A stretch of DNA of 62,772 nt, the filler included, from Candidatus Fermentibacterota bacterium (GTDB lineage: Bacteria > JAFGKV01): assembly GCA_016928395.1 (NCBI GenBank). It is 6 parts of 5 records of this genome, joined end to end, with 100 filler letters (N's around TTAATTAATTAA, not from the genome) between each part and the next. Parts side by side here need not be neighbours in the genome. Positions count along the whole stretch, not along the records: positions 27,908 to 39,614 come from JAFGKV010000238.1; positions 39,715 to 48,347 come from JAFGKV010000238.1; 4 more parts are not named here. One strand, 5' to 3'. Position 1 is the stretch's first letter; each line of letters opens with the position of its first letter. Shown here one piece after another: positions 30,309 to 44,421 of the stretch. The translations under genes and the position numbers were made by a program. The notes beneath the pieces are model-generated. The model made no database searches. It had not been told where the DNA came from and was given only the letters and a program-made list of their open reading frames with translations.

Positions 30309-31477
30309 GCCGTAATACCAGCTCTGACGCGCTCAAGTCGCCTCCTGATCCTCATGGCGGCGCGGGCAGGCGGGTCATGGCGCAGGGCCTCCTCACTCCA
30401 TCGAAGCGACGCCTGAGCATCTCCGGTACGAAGGGCATGCATACCCAGTCGTTCCGCCGCCTCCCAGGCGGCAGAGAGATGACCGCGGGCGCCTTCGGCC
30501 AGCACTGCCGCCATCTCGTCGGAAGGGCCCTCGAGTCGCCACAGCGCCACAGCCGCGCGCAGCCGGGTATCGTCCACAGTCCCCTGAGCTGCGCGTCGGT
30601 ACCATCGCCGCGCTTCGGAAGGATCCACGGATTCCAGTGTGCGGCCGATGAAGAATGACAGTCTCGCGTTGCTGCCAGGGTTCTCGACGAGATCGCACAG
30701 CAGACGCAGCAGTACCAGAAGCGAGAGGGTATCCTGGCCGTTCTTCGCCAGAATGCGCGCCAGGTGGCGTCGCCTTCGCCACGGCAATCCCTCGCACTCA
30801 CGCCAGATGGGATGCCATGTCCAGGCAGGCCGAACCATTGCCATGACACGGTCCTCCACGAGGGCCAAACGGGACGAGATCCCCTGCCGCCCATACACAT
30901 CGCGGGCCAGGGGCTCCAGGTCGATGGCGCCGGTGGGAGGGACAAGACCCCCTCGTCCCAGGACCTTCGAGCGGCGATCCAGCAGAGGAAGGTCGAATCG
31001 GGATCCATTATAGGTCACCAGGTGGGATGACGTGGCCATGTGACGCTGTAGCGCCCAGAGGGCAGCTCCCTCGTCCTCCATCCCCCGCATGACGATTTGC
31101 TCGAGCCGGAGAACCTCTCCGTCATTCCATGCAAGCCCGATGACAAAGGGGATCTCTCTGCTGCCTCCTACGGTGGCCGCGGTCTCCAGGTCCAACGCGA
31201 TAAGGTGCATTACTGCGGCGTCTACTTTCCAGGCGGCGGCCAGCGGTCCCGGGATGGGCCGGGGAGGCCCCCAGGACGGGAACTCTACCTCGAACACCGG
31301 CACCGACCCGAAGGGCGTGGGCATCAGGTGTGGGAACGCCTGATCCTCCAGTCGCGTCGGATGACTCGCCACGACGGCGTTCGTGCCGAACCGGGCTTCG
31401 GTCTCCCTGATGAGGTTCTTGAGCCGCGTGATGATCTCATCGCCGGGTGGACGGGACCCGTGGGGCTGGGGACGCAT
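30305..31477 (-). CDS. YprB/MrfB-like RNase H-fold (DEDD) exonuclease with TPR-like C-terminus
   Basis: ALDLETA, PFVIGL, LVTYNGSRFDLPLL, IDL, KNGQDTLSL; helical C-terminus ending IRRRLERV. Confidence 0.75.
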   Translation of the reverse strand: MRPQPHGSRPPGDEIITRLKNLIRETEARFGTNAVVASHPTRLEDQAFPHLMPTPFGSVPVFEVEFPSWGPPRPIPGPLAAAWKVDAAVMHLIALDLETAATVGGSREIPFVIGLAWNDGEVLRLEQIVMRGMEDEGAALWALQRHMATSSHLVTYNGSRFDLPLLDRRSKVLGRGGLVPPTGAIDLEPLARDVYGRQGISSRLALVEDRVMAMVRPAWTWHPIWRECEGLPWRRRRHLARILAKNGQDTLSLLVLLRLLCDLVENPGSNARLSFFIGRTLESVDPSEARRWYRRAAQGTVDDTRLRAAVALWRLEGPSDEMAAVLAEGARGHLSAAWEAAERLGMHALRTGDAQASLRWSEEALRHDPPARAAMRIRRRLERVRAGITA

Positions 31478-31532
31478 CTGACGCTGGCGCCCCGTTATCG
31501 GCTACTGTGCGCGTGGACCTTGGCCATAGAGA

Positions 31533-32633
31533 CTACCCCACGATATCGAGGAAGCGGATCACCTGGGGTTCGCTGGGTGCCCGTTCACGGGCCTTGGCGG
31601 CGAGGCGCGCGGCCTCGGTCCGATCGCCGTGCCAGCGTTCCAGCTTCGCCAGCGCGAGGAACGGCCGGTAGTCGGAGTCAAAACGGCGGCAGGCCAGGTG
31701 CAAGGTCAATCTGGCCTGCGCAATCTTCCGGAGGTTCTGTTCGGCTTGGGCTCGCATGAGCAACCACTCAAGCGGGCACCATGCCGCTTCAGTAGCCTTG
31801 CTGAGAAACGGCAAGGCGAGGGTATCACGCCCTCCCCGGTGATGGAATCTGCCGGCCTCGAACAGGGCTAGGCTGTCGGTCGGACATAGTCTGATGGCTT
31901 TGTCGAACGCCATGGCTGCAGCAACGGTGTCGCCCGCAGCCTCCTGAGACCACCCCAAGGCAACGCGCGCCGCGCAGGACGCCGGGGCCAAGGCAACCGC
32001 CTGTGTCGCGGCGTGGAGGGAGCCATTGATGTTGCCGCACTGGAGGCGAAGAGAGGCCAGTGCCCGCCACAGCTCAGCATCATCTGCGAAAAGCCGAATG
32101 GAACGGGCAAACAGGCTGTCGGCCAGCGTCTCTTCCTCCAGGGCCCGAGCGGTCCATGCCAGCGACCGAACAGTCGCCGGCGCGGGACCGGGCAGCATGG
32201 CGGCCCCGCGAAGCGCAACCCGGGCGGAATCCATCGATCCGAGATCCAGGAAGGCCCCCGCCAGTTCGGCCAGCACGTCCGGGCTGTGGCCCCGGCTCTC
32301 GCATGAGGAAAGGACACGCACTGCCTCGGCCGGATCACCAAGTTCCCGGTACAGCTGCGCGATGCGGTGTCCTGCCCGGCGACCGCACGGAAGGCTCTCC
32401 GCCGTTGTAAGCCATCGACGGGCATCGGTCGCGCGGCCGAACCGAATGGCTTCGGATGCCGCACGCACCATGTCATAACACTCGCCATCGTCCGACCCCT
32501 GGCGACTCAGGGGGTCACGGCCGGAGAGATCCAGGTCTGAACGGGTGAGCATCACCACCGCGCCGGCGAATGCAAGAGAGAGGCTCACCAACGCTGCCAC
32601 GGCGCCCACCAGATGGCGGCGATTATCGCCCAT
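31533..32633 (-). CDS. Tetratricopeptide-repeat protein with N-terminal membrane anchor
   Basis: TM LVGAVAALVSLSLAFAGAVVML; multiple TPR units (AVALAP, AIRLCP, ARERAP). Start uncertain. Confidence 0.75.
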   Translation of the reverse strand: MGDNRRHLVGAVAALVSLSLAFAGAVVMLTRSDLDLSGRDPLSRQGSDDGECYDMVRAASEAIRFGRATDARRWLTTAESLPCGRRAGHRIAQLYRELGDPAEAVRVLSSCESRGHSPDVLAELAGAFLDLGSMDSARVALRGAAMLPGPAPATVRSLAWTARALEEETLADSLFARSIRLFADDAELWRALASLRLQCGNINGSLHAATQAVALAPASCAARVALGWSQEAAGDTVAAAMAFDKAIRLCPTDSLALFEAGRFHHRGGRDTLALPFLSKATEAAWCPLEWLLMRAQAEQNLRKIAQARLTLHLACRRFDSDYRPFLALAKLERWHGDRTEAARLAAKARERAPSEPQVIRFLDIVG

Positions 32634-32888
32634 ACTGACGCTCCACGACACGCCTCTCCTTCGGGTTGGGCCGACGAGCTCTCGTGAACCGTAGCTCACT
32701 CCGCACGACCGCGCCTCTGGTTTCCGCTCCTCCTCCAGAATATATCCGGTGGACACGCGTGCGTCGTCTCAGCGATCGGACTTCGCGGTTCGCTCGAGCG
32801 GGGTATGCCTCGCGTCGATGACAATCGCTCAACCTAGGTTCTTGTGAGCCCAGGAAAAACCGGCTACATTCAGGGGGAATAACCCCGC

Positions 32889-33599
32889 ATGAGCACAGGA
32901 GGATCCTTGTACGCGCTTGTTGCAGAAAACATATCCCGGTCATTTGTCACGGGTCAGGGGCGACTGGAGGTTCTCTCCGGCGTCCATATGTCTGTACAGC
33001 GTGGATCAGTGGCGAGTGTAGTGGGCGCCTCCGGTTCCGGCAAGAGTACTCTGCTGCAGATCTTGGGAGGGCTGGATCGACCGGATGGCGGCCGTGTGAT
33101 CGTGAATGGTGAGGAGGTACACGCGCTCAGCGAGCCGGCCCGGGCCGCCTTCCGGGCCCGGACCATCGGGTTTGTCTTCCAGTTTCATCATCTGCTTCCT
33201 GACTTCAATGCCTTGGAGAATGTCATGATACCCGCCCTCATCGTGGGAGCGCCCCGGCGACACGCTGAGGAGCGCGCCAGAGCCCTTCTGGCTGCGGTGG
33301 GGCTCGAAGAGCGATGGAGCCATCGGCCGGCCCATCTCTCGGGTGGAGAGCAGCAACGGGTGGCAGTGGCGCGAGCGCTCATGAACGAACCGCGCTTGGT
33401 CCTGGCCGATGAGCCGTCAGGCAATCTTGATCCGAAGACCGCGACTGTTCTGGAGGATCTGCTGTGGGGTCTAGTGGGTACCACAGAAGCGAGTATGATA
33501 GTGGTCACCCACGACGAGGGCCTTGCGCGACGAGCAGATATGTGCCTGAGACTGGCCGGGGGAAAGCTGGAGGAGGTGCCCCATGGATCACCCCTGTGA
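32889..33599 (+). CDS. lolD: Lipoprotein-releasing system ABC ATPase (LolD-like)
   Basis: [58 protein letters not shown]. Confidence 0.85.
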   Translation: MSTGGSLYALVAENISRSFVTGQGRLEVLSGVHMSVQRGSVASVVGASGSGKSTLLQILGGLDRPDGGRVIVNGEEVHALSEPARAAFRARTIGFVFQFHHLLPDFNALENVMIPALIVGAPRRHAEERARALLAAVGLEERWSHRPAHLSGGEQQRVAVARALMNEPRLVLADEPSGNLDPKTATVLEDLLWGLVGTTEASMIVVTHDEGLARRADMCLRLAGGKLEEVPHGSPL

Positions 33600-34110
33600 T
33601 GCCTGCGGGAATCGGCCGGCAGAGATACGGGTCACAGAGGTGGCCAGGGGCCGGGTTGAGGAGCGAATGCTCTGTCGTGCGTGCGCAGCGAAACTGGGGG
33701 TTGACAGCGGGTCGCACGCAGTCTTCAGCGTGTCGAAGCTCGTTGCGGGGATGGGAGACCAGGCTGCGCCGAACGGCTTGGAGCGCGTGGATGCGGTCTC
33801 CTGCCAATCCTGTGGTCTCAGGTATGCGGAGTTCCGGGATAGTGGCAAGTTGGGATGTCCTGAGTGCTACCGTGCATTCAGCAAGGACCTGGCGGTGCTC
33901 ATTCGCAGGCTGCACGGTGCGCTCCGTCATTCAGGGCGTGGCCCCGGTGAGCGGAGCGCCGAGCAGGCGATCCGCCTGGAGCTGGCCTCCCTGCGGAATC
34001 AACTGGCGGAGGCTGTCGCAAAGGAAGCGTACGAAGGGGCGGCCCGACTTCGAGATCGGATTCGAGAACTCAAGACGCCCGGCACGGACAGCGAGGAAGA
34101 GATCCCGTGA
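33583..34110 (+). CDS. mcsA: McsA (CxxC motifs plus UVR domain)
   Basis: [41 protein letters not shown] motif; precedes mcsB. Confidence 0.92.
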   Translation: MDHPCDACGNRPAEIRVTEVARGRVEERMLCRACAAKLGVDSGSHAVFSVSKLVAGMGDQAAPNGLERVDAVSCQSCGLRYAEFRDSGKLGCPECYRAFSKDLAVLIRRLHGALRHSGRGPGERSAEQAIRLELASLRNQLAEAVAKEAYEGAARLRDRIRELKTPGTDSEEEIP

Positions 34111-35162
34111 TGTCGTTTGATGACATGGTTCAGGAGGCCAGTACGTGGCTCTGTCTCGATGGGCCGCAGTCAGACCGGGTCGTGTCCTCGAGGGCCCGCC
34201 TGGCCCGGAACATCTCGGCCCATCATTTCGCGCACAGAGCATCCAGCGAGAGCATGACCCGCATGACCCTCTCCATGGAAGGCGTGATGCAGCAGTTGCC
34301 CGGCCTGCAGCCCTGCTCTTTCCTCCGCCTTGCCGACATCAGCCCGCTGGATCGGGAGATCCTGGCGGAGCGTCACATGATCAGCCATTTTCCTCAAAGC
34401 GACACCGTGTCCAAGGCAGTAGCCTTCAGAGCAGACGAACGGGCCACTGTTCTGCTCAATGAAGAGGATCATCTCCGGATCTCAGGATTCGCTCCGGGGT
34501 TCGATCTCTGGGACGCGCTTCGCATGGCCAAGGAGGTGGAGTCGGAACTGGAATACTATGCCGATTTCGCATACTTGGAACAATGGGGGTATCTTACGGC
34601 GTGTCCCACCAATGTGGGGACCGGCCTCCGGGCATCGCTTCTTGTTCATCTTCCCGGGTTGGTGTTGACCCGCGAAGTGGGAAAGATGGTGAATGGGCTT
34701 TCTCAAATCGGTCTTGCCGTGCGGGGATTCAGAGGTGAAGGCAGTGAGGTGGTGGGGAATCTCTTCCAGGTATCCAATCAGGTCACCCTGGGGAAATCGG
34801 AGGAAGAGATAGTCGAGATGGTGTGCCAAGTAACGGCACAGGTCTTGCACTATGAAAACCAGGCTCGCGAAGTCTTAATGAGAGACGCGCGGTCTCAGGT
34901 CGAGGACAAAGTCTGGCGGGCGCTGGGCCTGCTGCGAACTGCTCGACTTCTGACTTCCGTCGAGGCGTTGGGCCTCGCCAGTGCCGTGCGACTGGGGACT
35001 GATCTGGGCATCCTTCAGGGCATCGCTGTGTCGGCCCTCAATGAGATGATTCAGCTTGCCCAGCCGGCCCACGTGCAGCGACGCGAAGGAGACGATGTGT
35101 CGTCGGAGGAGCGCGACGCCAGACGAGCAACCTGGGTCCGACGTCGGCTCATGATGGAGTAA
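34107..35162 (+). CDS. mcsB: Protein-arginine kinase McsB
   Basis: [51 protein letters not shown]. Confidence 0.95.
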   Translation: MMSFDDMVQEASTWLCLDGPQSDRVVSSRARLARNISAHHFAHRASSESMTRMTLSMEGVMQQLPGLQPCSFLRLADISPLDREILAERHMISHFPQSDTVSKAVAFRADERATVLLNEEDHLRISGFAPGFDLWDALRMAKEVESELEYYADFAYLEQWGYLTACPTNVGTGLRASLLVHLPGLVLTREVGKMVNGLSQIGLAVRGFRGEGSEVVGNLFQVSNQVTLGKSEEEIVEMVCQVTAQVLHYENQAREVLMRDARSQVEDKVWRALGLLRTARLLTSVEALGLASAVRLGTDLGILQGIAVSALNEMIQLAQPAHVQRREGDDVSSEERDARRATWVRRRLMME

Positions 35163-35182
35163 TGCTGGATGAGGGAAGACCC

Positions 35183-37650
<2,468 letters not shown>

Positions 37651-37651
<1 letters not shown>

Positions 37652-39614
37652 TGCGCCGCATCGCGCTTGTGTGTCTTGTGGCTGTTGTGGCCAATGCCGA
37701 GCAGATCACCACTGACATCAGGGTACAGGGAGCGGCAACGTTGGACTCTTCATTCGTCCTCAGAACGGCGGGACTGCGTTCAGACGTACTCCATACCAGC
37801 ATGGATCTTGCCGACGCAGTGCGGCGGCTCTATCGCGCAGGCCTGGTGGACGATGTGCAGGTCTACAGCCGGCCTGCCGTCGGCGGAAGAGAGCTGACGC
37901 TTGCCATACGCGAGCGCCCACCCCTCGCGAGCGTTGAGTTCACAGGCAACAAGCGGATTTCGACCGACGACCTTCAGAAGAAGGTTCCCCTCATCAAGGG
38001 TCAGCGGGTGAGCCAGGCGCGCATCGAGAACTATGCAGCCCTCATTCGGCGAACCTACCGAGAAGAGGGCTATCTGAAGGCTCGGGTGGAGACCCAGATC
38101 GACTCCCTGGCTGCAGGCACAGCTGTTGTCTACCGCATAGAAGAAGGCCCCAAGGTGATCGTCCGCCAGATCCGCATTGAGGGCGCCGAGGCCATCGAAG
38201 CCAAGGCTGTCGCCAAGAGGATGAAGCTGAAGCCCAAGGGGTTCCTTCGCGGCGGCAAGTTCGACAGGGCGAAACTCGAGGAGAGCTTCGAGTCGATTGA
38301 GGCTTTCTATCGCGAGCGGGGATATCTGGACGCGGCGGTAGTCGATCACCGTGTGGAGTATCACGCCGACAGCAGTAGCGTAACGGTGGCCCTGGAGGTG
38401 GACGAGGGCCGCATGTTTCGGGTCGGATCGTTTGCTCTCACCTTTGACGACAGTCTCAGCTACTCCGAGGAGAGCCTTCTTGGCTTCATCAAGCTCAATC
38501 CCGGCGACCCTTTTAACTACGCACGGCTGGAGAAGGGCGTGCGCTCGATGTATGAACGATTCCAGGAGGACGGGTATCTCTGGGCTCGTGTCATTCCTGA
38601 TGAGCGGCGAACCGGCGATGTGGTAGACTATACCTTTGCCATACACCAGGGCCCACCCGCCATGGTGCGGCTCATTCGGATCGAAGGCAACACGACGACC
38701 AAAGAGAAGGTGATCCGGCGGGAGTTGCTCATCTACCCCGGCGATAGATTTCGTCGAAGCGCTTTGGTGAGGAGCCACCGGGAAGTGTACAATCTGGGCT
38801 TCTTCGAGGATGTCGCAGTGGACTTCGACAACCCCTCGACCGAGGGCGATGTCGATTTCGTCGTGAAGGTCAAGGAGAAGTCATCGGGGCAGTTCAACTT
38901 CGGCGTAACCTACTCCAGCCAGACCCGGCTCATGGGGTTTATTCAGCTCTCCCACCCCAATGTCTTGGGGAACGGATGGATCTCCAATTTGAGGTGGGAG
39001 TTCGGCAAGGCCAACCGCAACATAGAATTCGGCTTCACGGAGCCCTGGCTGCTTGGGACGCCAACCAGAGCGGGGTTTGATCTCTATAATACCGAGAGTA
39101 ACTACTATTATGCAGACTACTCAGTGGAACGACGGGGTGGTGGCATCAACGTGGGCCGACCATTGCCGTGGGTTGACTATGTCAGTGCCTCGTTCGCGTA
39201 CAGTCTCTCCGATGTTCGCGTCTCCCCCGACGATGACTATACGGGATCTGATCTCCCGGAGGGATGGCAGACGACGAGCCGAACCACGTATCGGGTCGTC
39301 CGGGACAGCAGGGACAACTTCCTCGAGCCGACGCGGGGATCGCGAAGCATTCTGACCATGGAGCTGGCCGGTCGGGTTTTCGGCGGCGATGTGGCCTATC
39401 GAAAACACGAGGTGCAGACCTCCTGGTTCACTCCGCTGGCGAGCAAACTCATCGCTTCGGTGAGTTTGAAGGCAGGCTCCGTGGTGGGATACCCGGGGAG
39501 GAGTGACGTGCCGGTGTACGAGCAATTCAGGCCAGGGGGCACGAGCACCGATGGAACCGTACGAGGATACGAGGACTACTCTCTGGGCCCGGTGGATGCC
39601 ACTGGCTACTACTC
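37651..39614 (+). CDS. bamA: Outer membrane protein assembly factor BamA; 3'-truncated
   Basis: Signal peptide, POTRA repeats (GNKRI, YREEGY, GNTTTKEKVIRREL, LGFFEDV), FTEPWL, RDSRDN, VRGY. Confidence 0.93.
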
Positions 39615-39714
39615 NNNNNNNNNNNNNNNNNNNNNNNNNNNNNNNNNNNNNNNNNNNNTTAATTAATTAANNNNNNNNNNNNNNNNNNNNNNNNNNNNNN
39701 NNNNNNNNNNNNNN
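39615..39714. other. Artificial contig spacer
   Basis: N-run with TTAATTAATTAA core. Confidence 0.99.
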
Positions 39715-39716
39715 CT

Positions 39717-41897
39717 TTCATGCAGGCGTTCAATACGGTTTTCCAACAGGGAGGGCCCATCATTGTCTCCAGCAGCAAGCCGCTGGCCTCCATGGAGCCT
39801 CTGTCGATGCGCGTCAGGGCCGCTCTGGGCATCTGTCGGCCTTTGACGCTGGTCGCGCCCAAGCAGGAAACCATCGTCACCATCGCATTCCGGGTGGCAG
39901 AGAAGGCCGGCGTGGAGTCCAAGGGAGTAAACTGGGGCGTTTTGGTGCAGGAAGCTGGCGGAGATCTCCGGCGAGTGCTTGAGGCGATTGGCGGCGGCAG
40001 ATCCGTTCGCGGTGCAGGCCGTGTCGCCGAGACTACGGTTACTGCTTTCGAGCCACGAGTCAGCCCCTCGGAAGAGTCCGGCGCCGCCCGAACAGCCGCG
40101 CTCTTACGCGAGGAGGCGGAAGCAATCATCAGCGAGGCAAGAACCGCCATCGATGAGATCGAGCAACGGCCTGGAGCTATCGACTCCGAGCTCCTGGATC
40201 GCGCCAAGGATGCTTTGGCGCAGGCGATTCGCGCGCGGGATTCCGGCGACTTCGATGCAAGTGAGCAACTAGGAATGGAGGCGCTGGAGAAGGCGGCGCT
40301 TGCCCACAGTCGGTCGGAGGGGACGATGGTCGCGAAGAGTCCGCCCGAGGCTGCGGCCACACCGAAGCAATCACAGCCGGTGCTGGCGCCCTACACCGAG
40401 CCGGAGGGTACTGATGAGCACGTGAAGGCATCGCTTCGGGAGGCTGAGAAGGCGATCCGAGATGCATGTGATGCCGGGGCTGAGGAATACGCTTCTCGCG
40501 AGCTGCGGATGGCCGTCAACGGGCTCGAGGAAGCGCGGCGGATAGCGGCGGATCCCGCGTTGCGTGCGCGGGCCGTTGACGAGGCCCGGCTGGCGGCGGA
40601 GCAGGCGTGGGATGCCGGACGAAGAGCCAAGACCAGAAAGGAAGAGGCTCGGATCAAGCAGGAGAAAGACAAGGTCCGCCGTTGTCAGATGGCAATTGAG
40701 GAGGTACGGAAAGAGCACGAGCGTCTTGCAGTGCATGAAGGTGATACACCCATCGTCGCCCAGCTTGAGGAAGTTGGGGTTTTTATCGACACGGCCGCGC
40801 AGTACCAGGAAGTCGGAAGCATAGGTCAGGCGCTGGAGCATGTGATGAAGGCCCGGAAGCGCCTCAACGAGATCTCAGATGAAGCGCGGCTTCGTCGTGA
40901 ACTTCGCGACATCATAAACGAAGTGGACGGTCTCGTCGGTGAGGCAGACAAGCGTGGCGAGACGCAGAGTCCTCAGCAACTGGTCGACATCCAGAACGCC
41001 TTGGCAGAAGCAGAGCGAGTGCTCATGGGTGACAGCGCCGACTATGAGCTGGGACTAAACTGGGCACGAGTCGCCCGACAGAAGGCCTTGAGACTGGCCG
41101 AAGGGGGCACCGATCGTCGATCGAAGGACGTCGGCAAGTCCAAGCGGCAGGATGGACCTGAGCTCACTTTCGATAGTCTCGAAGTGTGCGAGGGCAACCA
41201 GTTTGTCATCGCCATGGCCAGGACCGCAGCTGAGACACCTCACCTCGTCAAGAGCCCCCTCTACGTTTTTGGCGACGTCGGGGTGGGGAAGACCCACCTC
41301 TTATCTGCGATTCAAGATCTGGCCAAGAAGACGCATCCTGACAACTCCGTTGTTCTCACGACTGCAGCGGATTTCTCCGAAGACTACCGTGAGGCCCTTG
41401 CCCTGGGCAAGGCATCGTCCTTCAGGGAGGCCTACCGTGCCTCGGATCTGTTCATCCTCGATGACCTGCACCACATCGTAGCGAATCCCGATGGGATTCG
41501 CGAGTTCTTCCATACGTTGAGCGCCATCGAGGCATCAGGCGGTTTGGCCGTGGTATCGGCCGCCGTTCCCCCGCGGAAGCTGGGGATTGATGACAAGAGC
41601 TTTCGGTCGCGTCTCGAGGGTGGTGTGACAGCAGAGATGAAGTACCCCTCTCTGGAGGCGCGCGAACGCATACTCCGCCACGCGGCGAAGCGCTACGATT
41701 TGAAGATTCCTGATGAGGCCATTACTCTTCTGGCTACCATGATCACCAGCAATGTGCGGGAACTCCTCGGCGCGTTGGGCAAGGTCGCCGCGCATTCCCG
41801 CGCCGAGGGCGGCCAGGTCACTGGTGAGATCATGAGAAGGGTTCTTCAAGAGGTGCTTCCGGGGCCCAGTGAGGACGAAAAGTGGCTTCACTCATAG
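39717..41897 (+). CDS. Protein with two DnaA-type AAA+ modules (N-terminal degenerate, C-terminal near-intact) separated by DUF4398-like helical repeats; 5'-truncated
   Basis: N-terminal FMQAFNTVF...IIVSSSKP...GGDLRRVLEAI aligns to the second half of DnaA domain III; AEKAIRDACDAGAEEYASRELRMA repeat; C-terminal LTFDSLEV, PLYVFGDVGVGKTHLL, FILDD, RSRLEGG, SNVRELLGAL; ends without domain IV. Confidence 0.85.
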   Translation, partial: FMQAFNTVFQQGGPIIVSSSKPLASMEPLSMRVRAALGICRPLTLVAPKQETIVTIAFRVAEKAGVESKGVNWGVLVQEAGGDLRRVLEAIGGGRSVRGAGRVAETTVTAFEPRVSPSEESGAARTAALLREEAEAIISEARTAIDEIEQRPGAIDSELLDRAKDALAQAIRARDSGDFDASEQLGMEALEKAALAHSRSEGTMVAKSPPEAAATPKQSQPVLAPYTEPEGTDEHVKASLREAEKAIRDACDAGAEEYASRELRMAVNGLEEARRIAADPALRARAVDEARLAAEQAWDAGRRAKTRKEEARIKQEKDKVRRCQMAIEEVRKEHERLAVHEGDTPIVAQLEEVGVFIDTAAQYQEVGSIGQALEHVMKARKRLNEISDEARLRRELRDIINEVDGLVGEADKRGETQSPQQLVDIQNALAEAERVLMGDSADYELGLNWARVARQKALRLAEGGTDRRSKDVGKSKRQDGPELTFDSLEVCEGNQFVIAMARTAAETPHLVKSPLYVFGDVGVGKTHLLSAIQDLAKKTHPDNSVVLTTAADFSEDYREALALGKASSFREAYRASDLFILDDLHHIVANPDGIREFFHTLSAIEASGGLAVVSAAVPPRKLGIDDKSFRSRLEGGVTAEMKYPSLEARERILRHAAKRYDLKIPDEAITLLATMITSNVRELLGALGKVAAHSRAEGGQVTGEIMRRVLQEVLPGPSEDEKWLHS

Positions 41898-43150
41898 AAC
41901 TGCTCGTATCTCGACAGATGATCTCTTCCGAGCAGGCTCGTGAAGCGGCGGCTCTATCAGAAGAGACTGGGGCTTTCATAGGGCGAATCCTCGTTTCTCA
42001 GGGAGCAGTGGAGGAGCAAATGCTGGCTCGTTTTCTCGAGCGGGAATGCACCGAGAAGCCGGGGGCTCTGCACATCGAGGCAGACGCTCAGTTGATGCAG
42101 TTGCTCCCCGAGAGGCTCATGCGCACCTACCGCATGGTCCCCTTGGGAAGATCTCCCTCCGGCGTCCTGAAGCTCGCAGTATCGGAGCCGCTATCCATAG
42201 GCGGCATAGACCAGGTGAAGCGCCGGCTGGGAATGCCCGTCAGGCTGATTCTGGTGGATTCTGATACCATCGAGACGCTGCTGGGTGTGCCCGTGCAGTC
42301 CGTGGCGGTCCAGCCCCCGCTACCTCCAGAGCCTACCTCCGCATCGGTGAGCCTGGCTCCCTCGCGTCCTATTCACACTCCGTCTACCTCTGCTGCGTCC
42401 GCGGAGGGTTCTCTTGCACAGGATCAGGGCGCAGTGTTGCGGCCTCGAATGGTGCGCCAGCGGGTTGATGCTCCTGAGGACTGGCAGCCCGATCCCGTGC
42501 CGGGCGAGCTTCCTTCGGTCCTGGAGGAAGCCTTCAATGCGCTTCAGTCCGTCGTGGAAAGCAGCCAGCACGTGTTCTTAGTGGTCACTGGTCCGGATTC
42601 TGCGAGGGACCTAGTACTCAGGAAGCTGCGCACGGTCACATGGGGAGACCACGAGGCATTCTATCTGGATCTGATCGCCCATCATTTTCCTGCTGAGGTT
42701 GATCATCAGCGCAGAGTTCCTACCATACTGGACGGAGTTGACGTGGCCGGGATCGATGAGGAAGAGGAGCGGCGCCTTCTCCGTACCATCAGCGCAGCGT
42801 ATGCTGCCAAGACACCGCTGGTGCTTGGAATGAGGAAGAGCCCTAAGGAGTCCCAGAATTTGAGTGGAGGCCTGCGACTCACGCTTGGCCTGGCCAAGAT
42901 GGTGCCCATCGAGGTAGAGGAGACCGCGGAGAGATCCGCGTCTCCACCTGATTTTGAACAGCTATTCCTGGCCTTGGCCGATGAGACTGCGGCTTGGAGT
43001 GAGGCGGCATTTGCCGGGGCGAGTCTTCGTCCTCTGCTCCAGGCCGCTTCTCGAGCGTATACGAGGGGAAGCCGACAGGAGGCTCTCGGCAAGGCAGCAA
43101 CGGCCGTGGCCAGCCGCGTTTCTCATCTCACCGAGGAGCGGCTTGGCTGA
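41882..43150 (+). CDS. PilB/GspE N-terminal (MshEN/T2SSE_N) domain fused to a heavily degenerate DnaA-like AAA+ module
   Basis: LIELLVSRQMISSEQ...FIGRILVSQGAV, LLPERLMRTYRMVPL, LKLAVSEP; later FLVVTGPDSARDLVL (lost P-loop), TILDGVD, LLRTISAAYAAKTPLVLGMRKSPKESQNL. Confidence 0.7.
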   Translation: MASLIELLVSRQMISSEQAREAAALSEETGAFIGRILVSQGAVEEQMLARFLERECTEKPGALHIEADAQLMQLLPERLMRTYRMVPLGRSPSGVLKLAVSEPLSIGGIDQVKRRLGMPVRLILVDSDTIETLLGVPVQSVAVQPPLPPEPTSASVSLAPSRPIHTPSTSAASAEGSLAQDQGAVLRPRMVRQRVDAPEDWQPDPVPGELPSVLEEAFNALQSVVESSQHVFLVVTGPDSARDLVLRKLRTVTWGDHEAFYLDLIAHHFPAEVDHQRRVPTILDGVDVAGIDEEEERRLLRTISAAYAAKTPLVLGMRKSPKESQNLSGGLRLTLGLAKMVPIEVEETAERSASPPDFEQLFLALADETAAWSEAAFAGASLRPLLQAASRAYTRGSRQEALGKAATAVASRVSHLTEERLG

Positions 43151-44421
43151 TGCCAAGGCGGCGGAATACTCGTGCCGGGCTTGGAAGACGTTTCGGCCGA
43201 ACCCTGGTTCGATGGGGAGCAGTCACCGAAGCTCAGTTGAAGGAGGCCCTGACTCATCAGCACGAGCGCGGGGGTCTCATAGGCAGATGGCTTGTCGAAA
43301 CAGGTGCAGTGTCCCCAGGAAGAATGAGAGACCTCCTCGATCGGTTTCATCGGCGGCGGCATCTGTCGGTGGCTAATCTCCGCATCGACCGCGAAGTGCT
43401 GCGGGTTCTCACGAAAGATCTTGCGTGGGCATGGTGCGCACTACCGTTGGATATCTCAGATGGCGATCTCGTTGTCGCTGTCCCTGATGCTTCTGAGACC
43501 GAATGCGTCGCCACTCTCGCCGACGCAACCGGCATGACGATCCAGCCGGTCTCGTGTCCTGAAGACGAAATTGCTGAGGCCATCCGACGTCACTACGGAT
43601 CTCAGGGCGTGATCCCCGACGAGTGGTTGTTTGGATCGGCTCCTCTCTCGAAGTTTCGCTTCGAGACCTACGTGGTCGGCGAGGCGAATCGACGTGTGTA
43701 TGAGGCAGCCATGGCTGTTGCGGTGGCACCCGGGGTGCGACATAATCCGCTTTTCGTGTATGGGGAAGTAGGGCATGGCAAGACGCATCTTCTGAATGCC
43801 ATCGGCAATCGGATCAGAGAGGAGCGTCCCTCAAGCATAGTACTCTATCTCCCAGCAGTTCGTTTCGCTGATGAGCTCCTTCGTGCAATAGAGCATAACA
43901 GACTCGTGGAATTCCGGACGGTATACGCGCGTACGACGGTGCTTCTACTGGATGATGTGCAGTTCCTGGCCGATCAACGGGCCGTCCAAGAGGAGTTCGC
44001 GAACCTCTTCGAAGTGCTGCAGGCGAGGGGACGGCAGATCGTTATCACCAGTGATCGTGCTCCCGAGGAAGTACAGACCTTGGCGGATCGAGTTAAATCG
44101 GGACTTGGCGCTGGGCTCATTGTCGGCGTGGAAGTCCCCAGCATCGCGATGAAGGCTGCGATTCTCATGGAGAAGCGGCGTGAGCATAAGTGGGCCTTGC
44201 CCGATAATGTCATTACCCGCGTCGCGCACGAGTTTGACGGGGATGTGAGACGGCTAGAGGGGATACTCCGAACTGTATGCGCACGGATTGAACTTGACAG
44301 CGGCAGGCCGATGGACGAAATATTATCTTCTGTTCTTACAACTGTGCATTCAGATACAGGCGTCGCGGAACCGTGGGAGTCCGCCCCCGAGTTGCGGGCT
44401 CGAACACATCCAAACCGATAG
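43150..44421 (+). CDS. MshEN/T2SSE_N domain fused to DnaA-type AAA+ domain III
   Basis: RFGRTLVRWGAVTEAQLKEALTHQ / LIGRWLVETGAV; FRFETYVVGEAN, HNPLFVYGEVGHGKTHLL, LLLDD, ITSDR, GDVRRLEG; no domain IV. Confidence 0.88.
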   Translation: MPRRRNTRAGLGRRFGRTLVRWGAVTEAQLKEALTHQHERGGLIGRWLVETGAVSPGRMRDLLDRFHRRRHLSVANLRIDREVLRVLTKDLAWAWCALPLDISDGDLVVAVPDASETECVATLADATGMTIQPVSCPEDEIAEAIRRHYGSQGVIPDEWLFGSAPLSKFRFETYVVGEANRRVYEAAMAVAVAPGVRHNPLFVYGEVGHGKTHLLNAIGNRIREERPSSIVLYLPAVRFADELLRAIEHNRLVEFRTVYARTTVLLLDDVQFLADQRAVQEEFANLFEVLQARGRQIVITSDRAPEEVQTLADRVKSGLGAGLIVGVEVPSIAMKAAILMEKRREHKWALPDNVITRVAHEFDGDVRRLEGILRTVCARIELDSGRPMDEILSSVLTTVHSDTGVAEPWESAPELRARTHPNR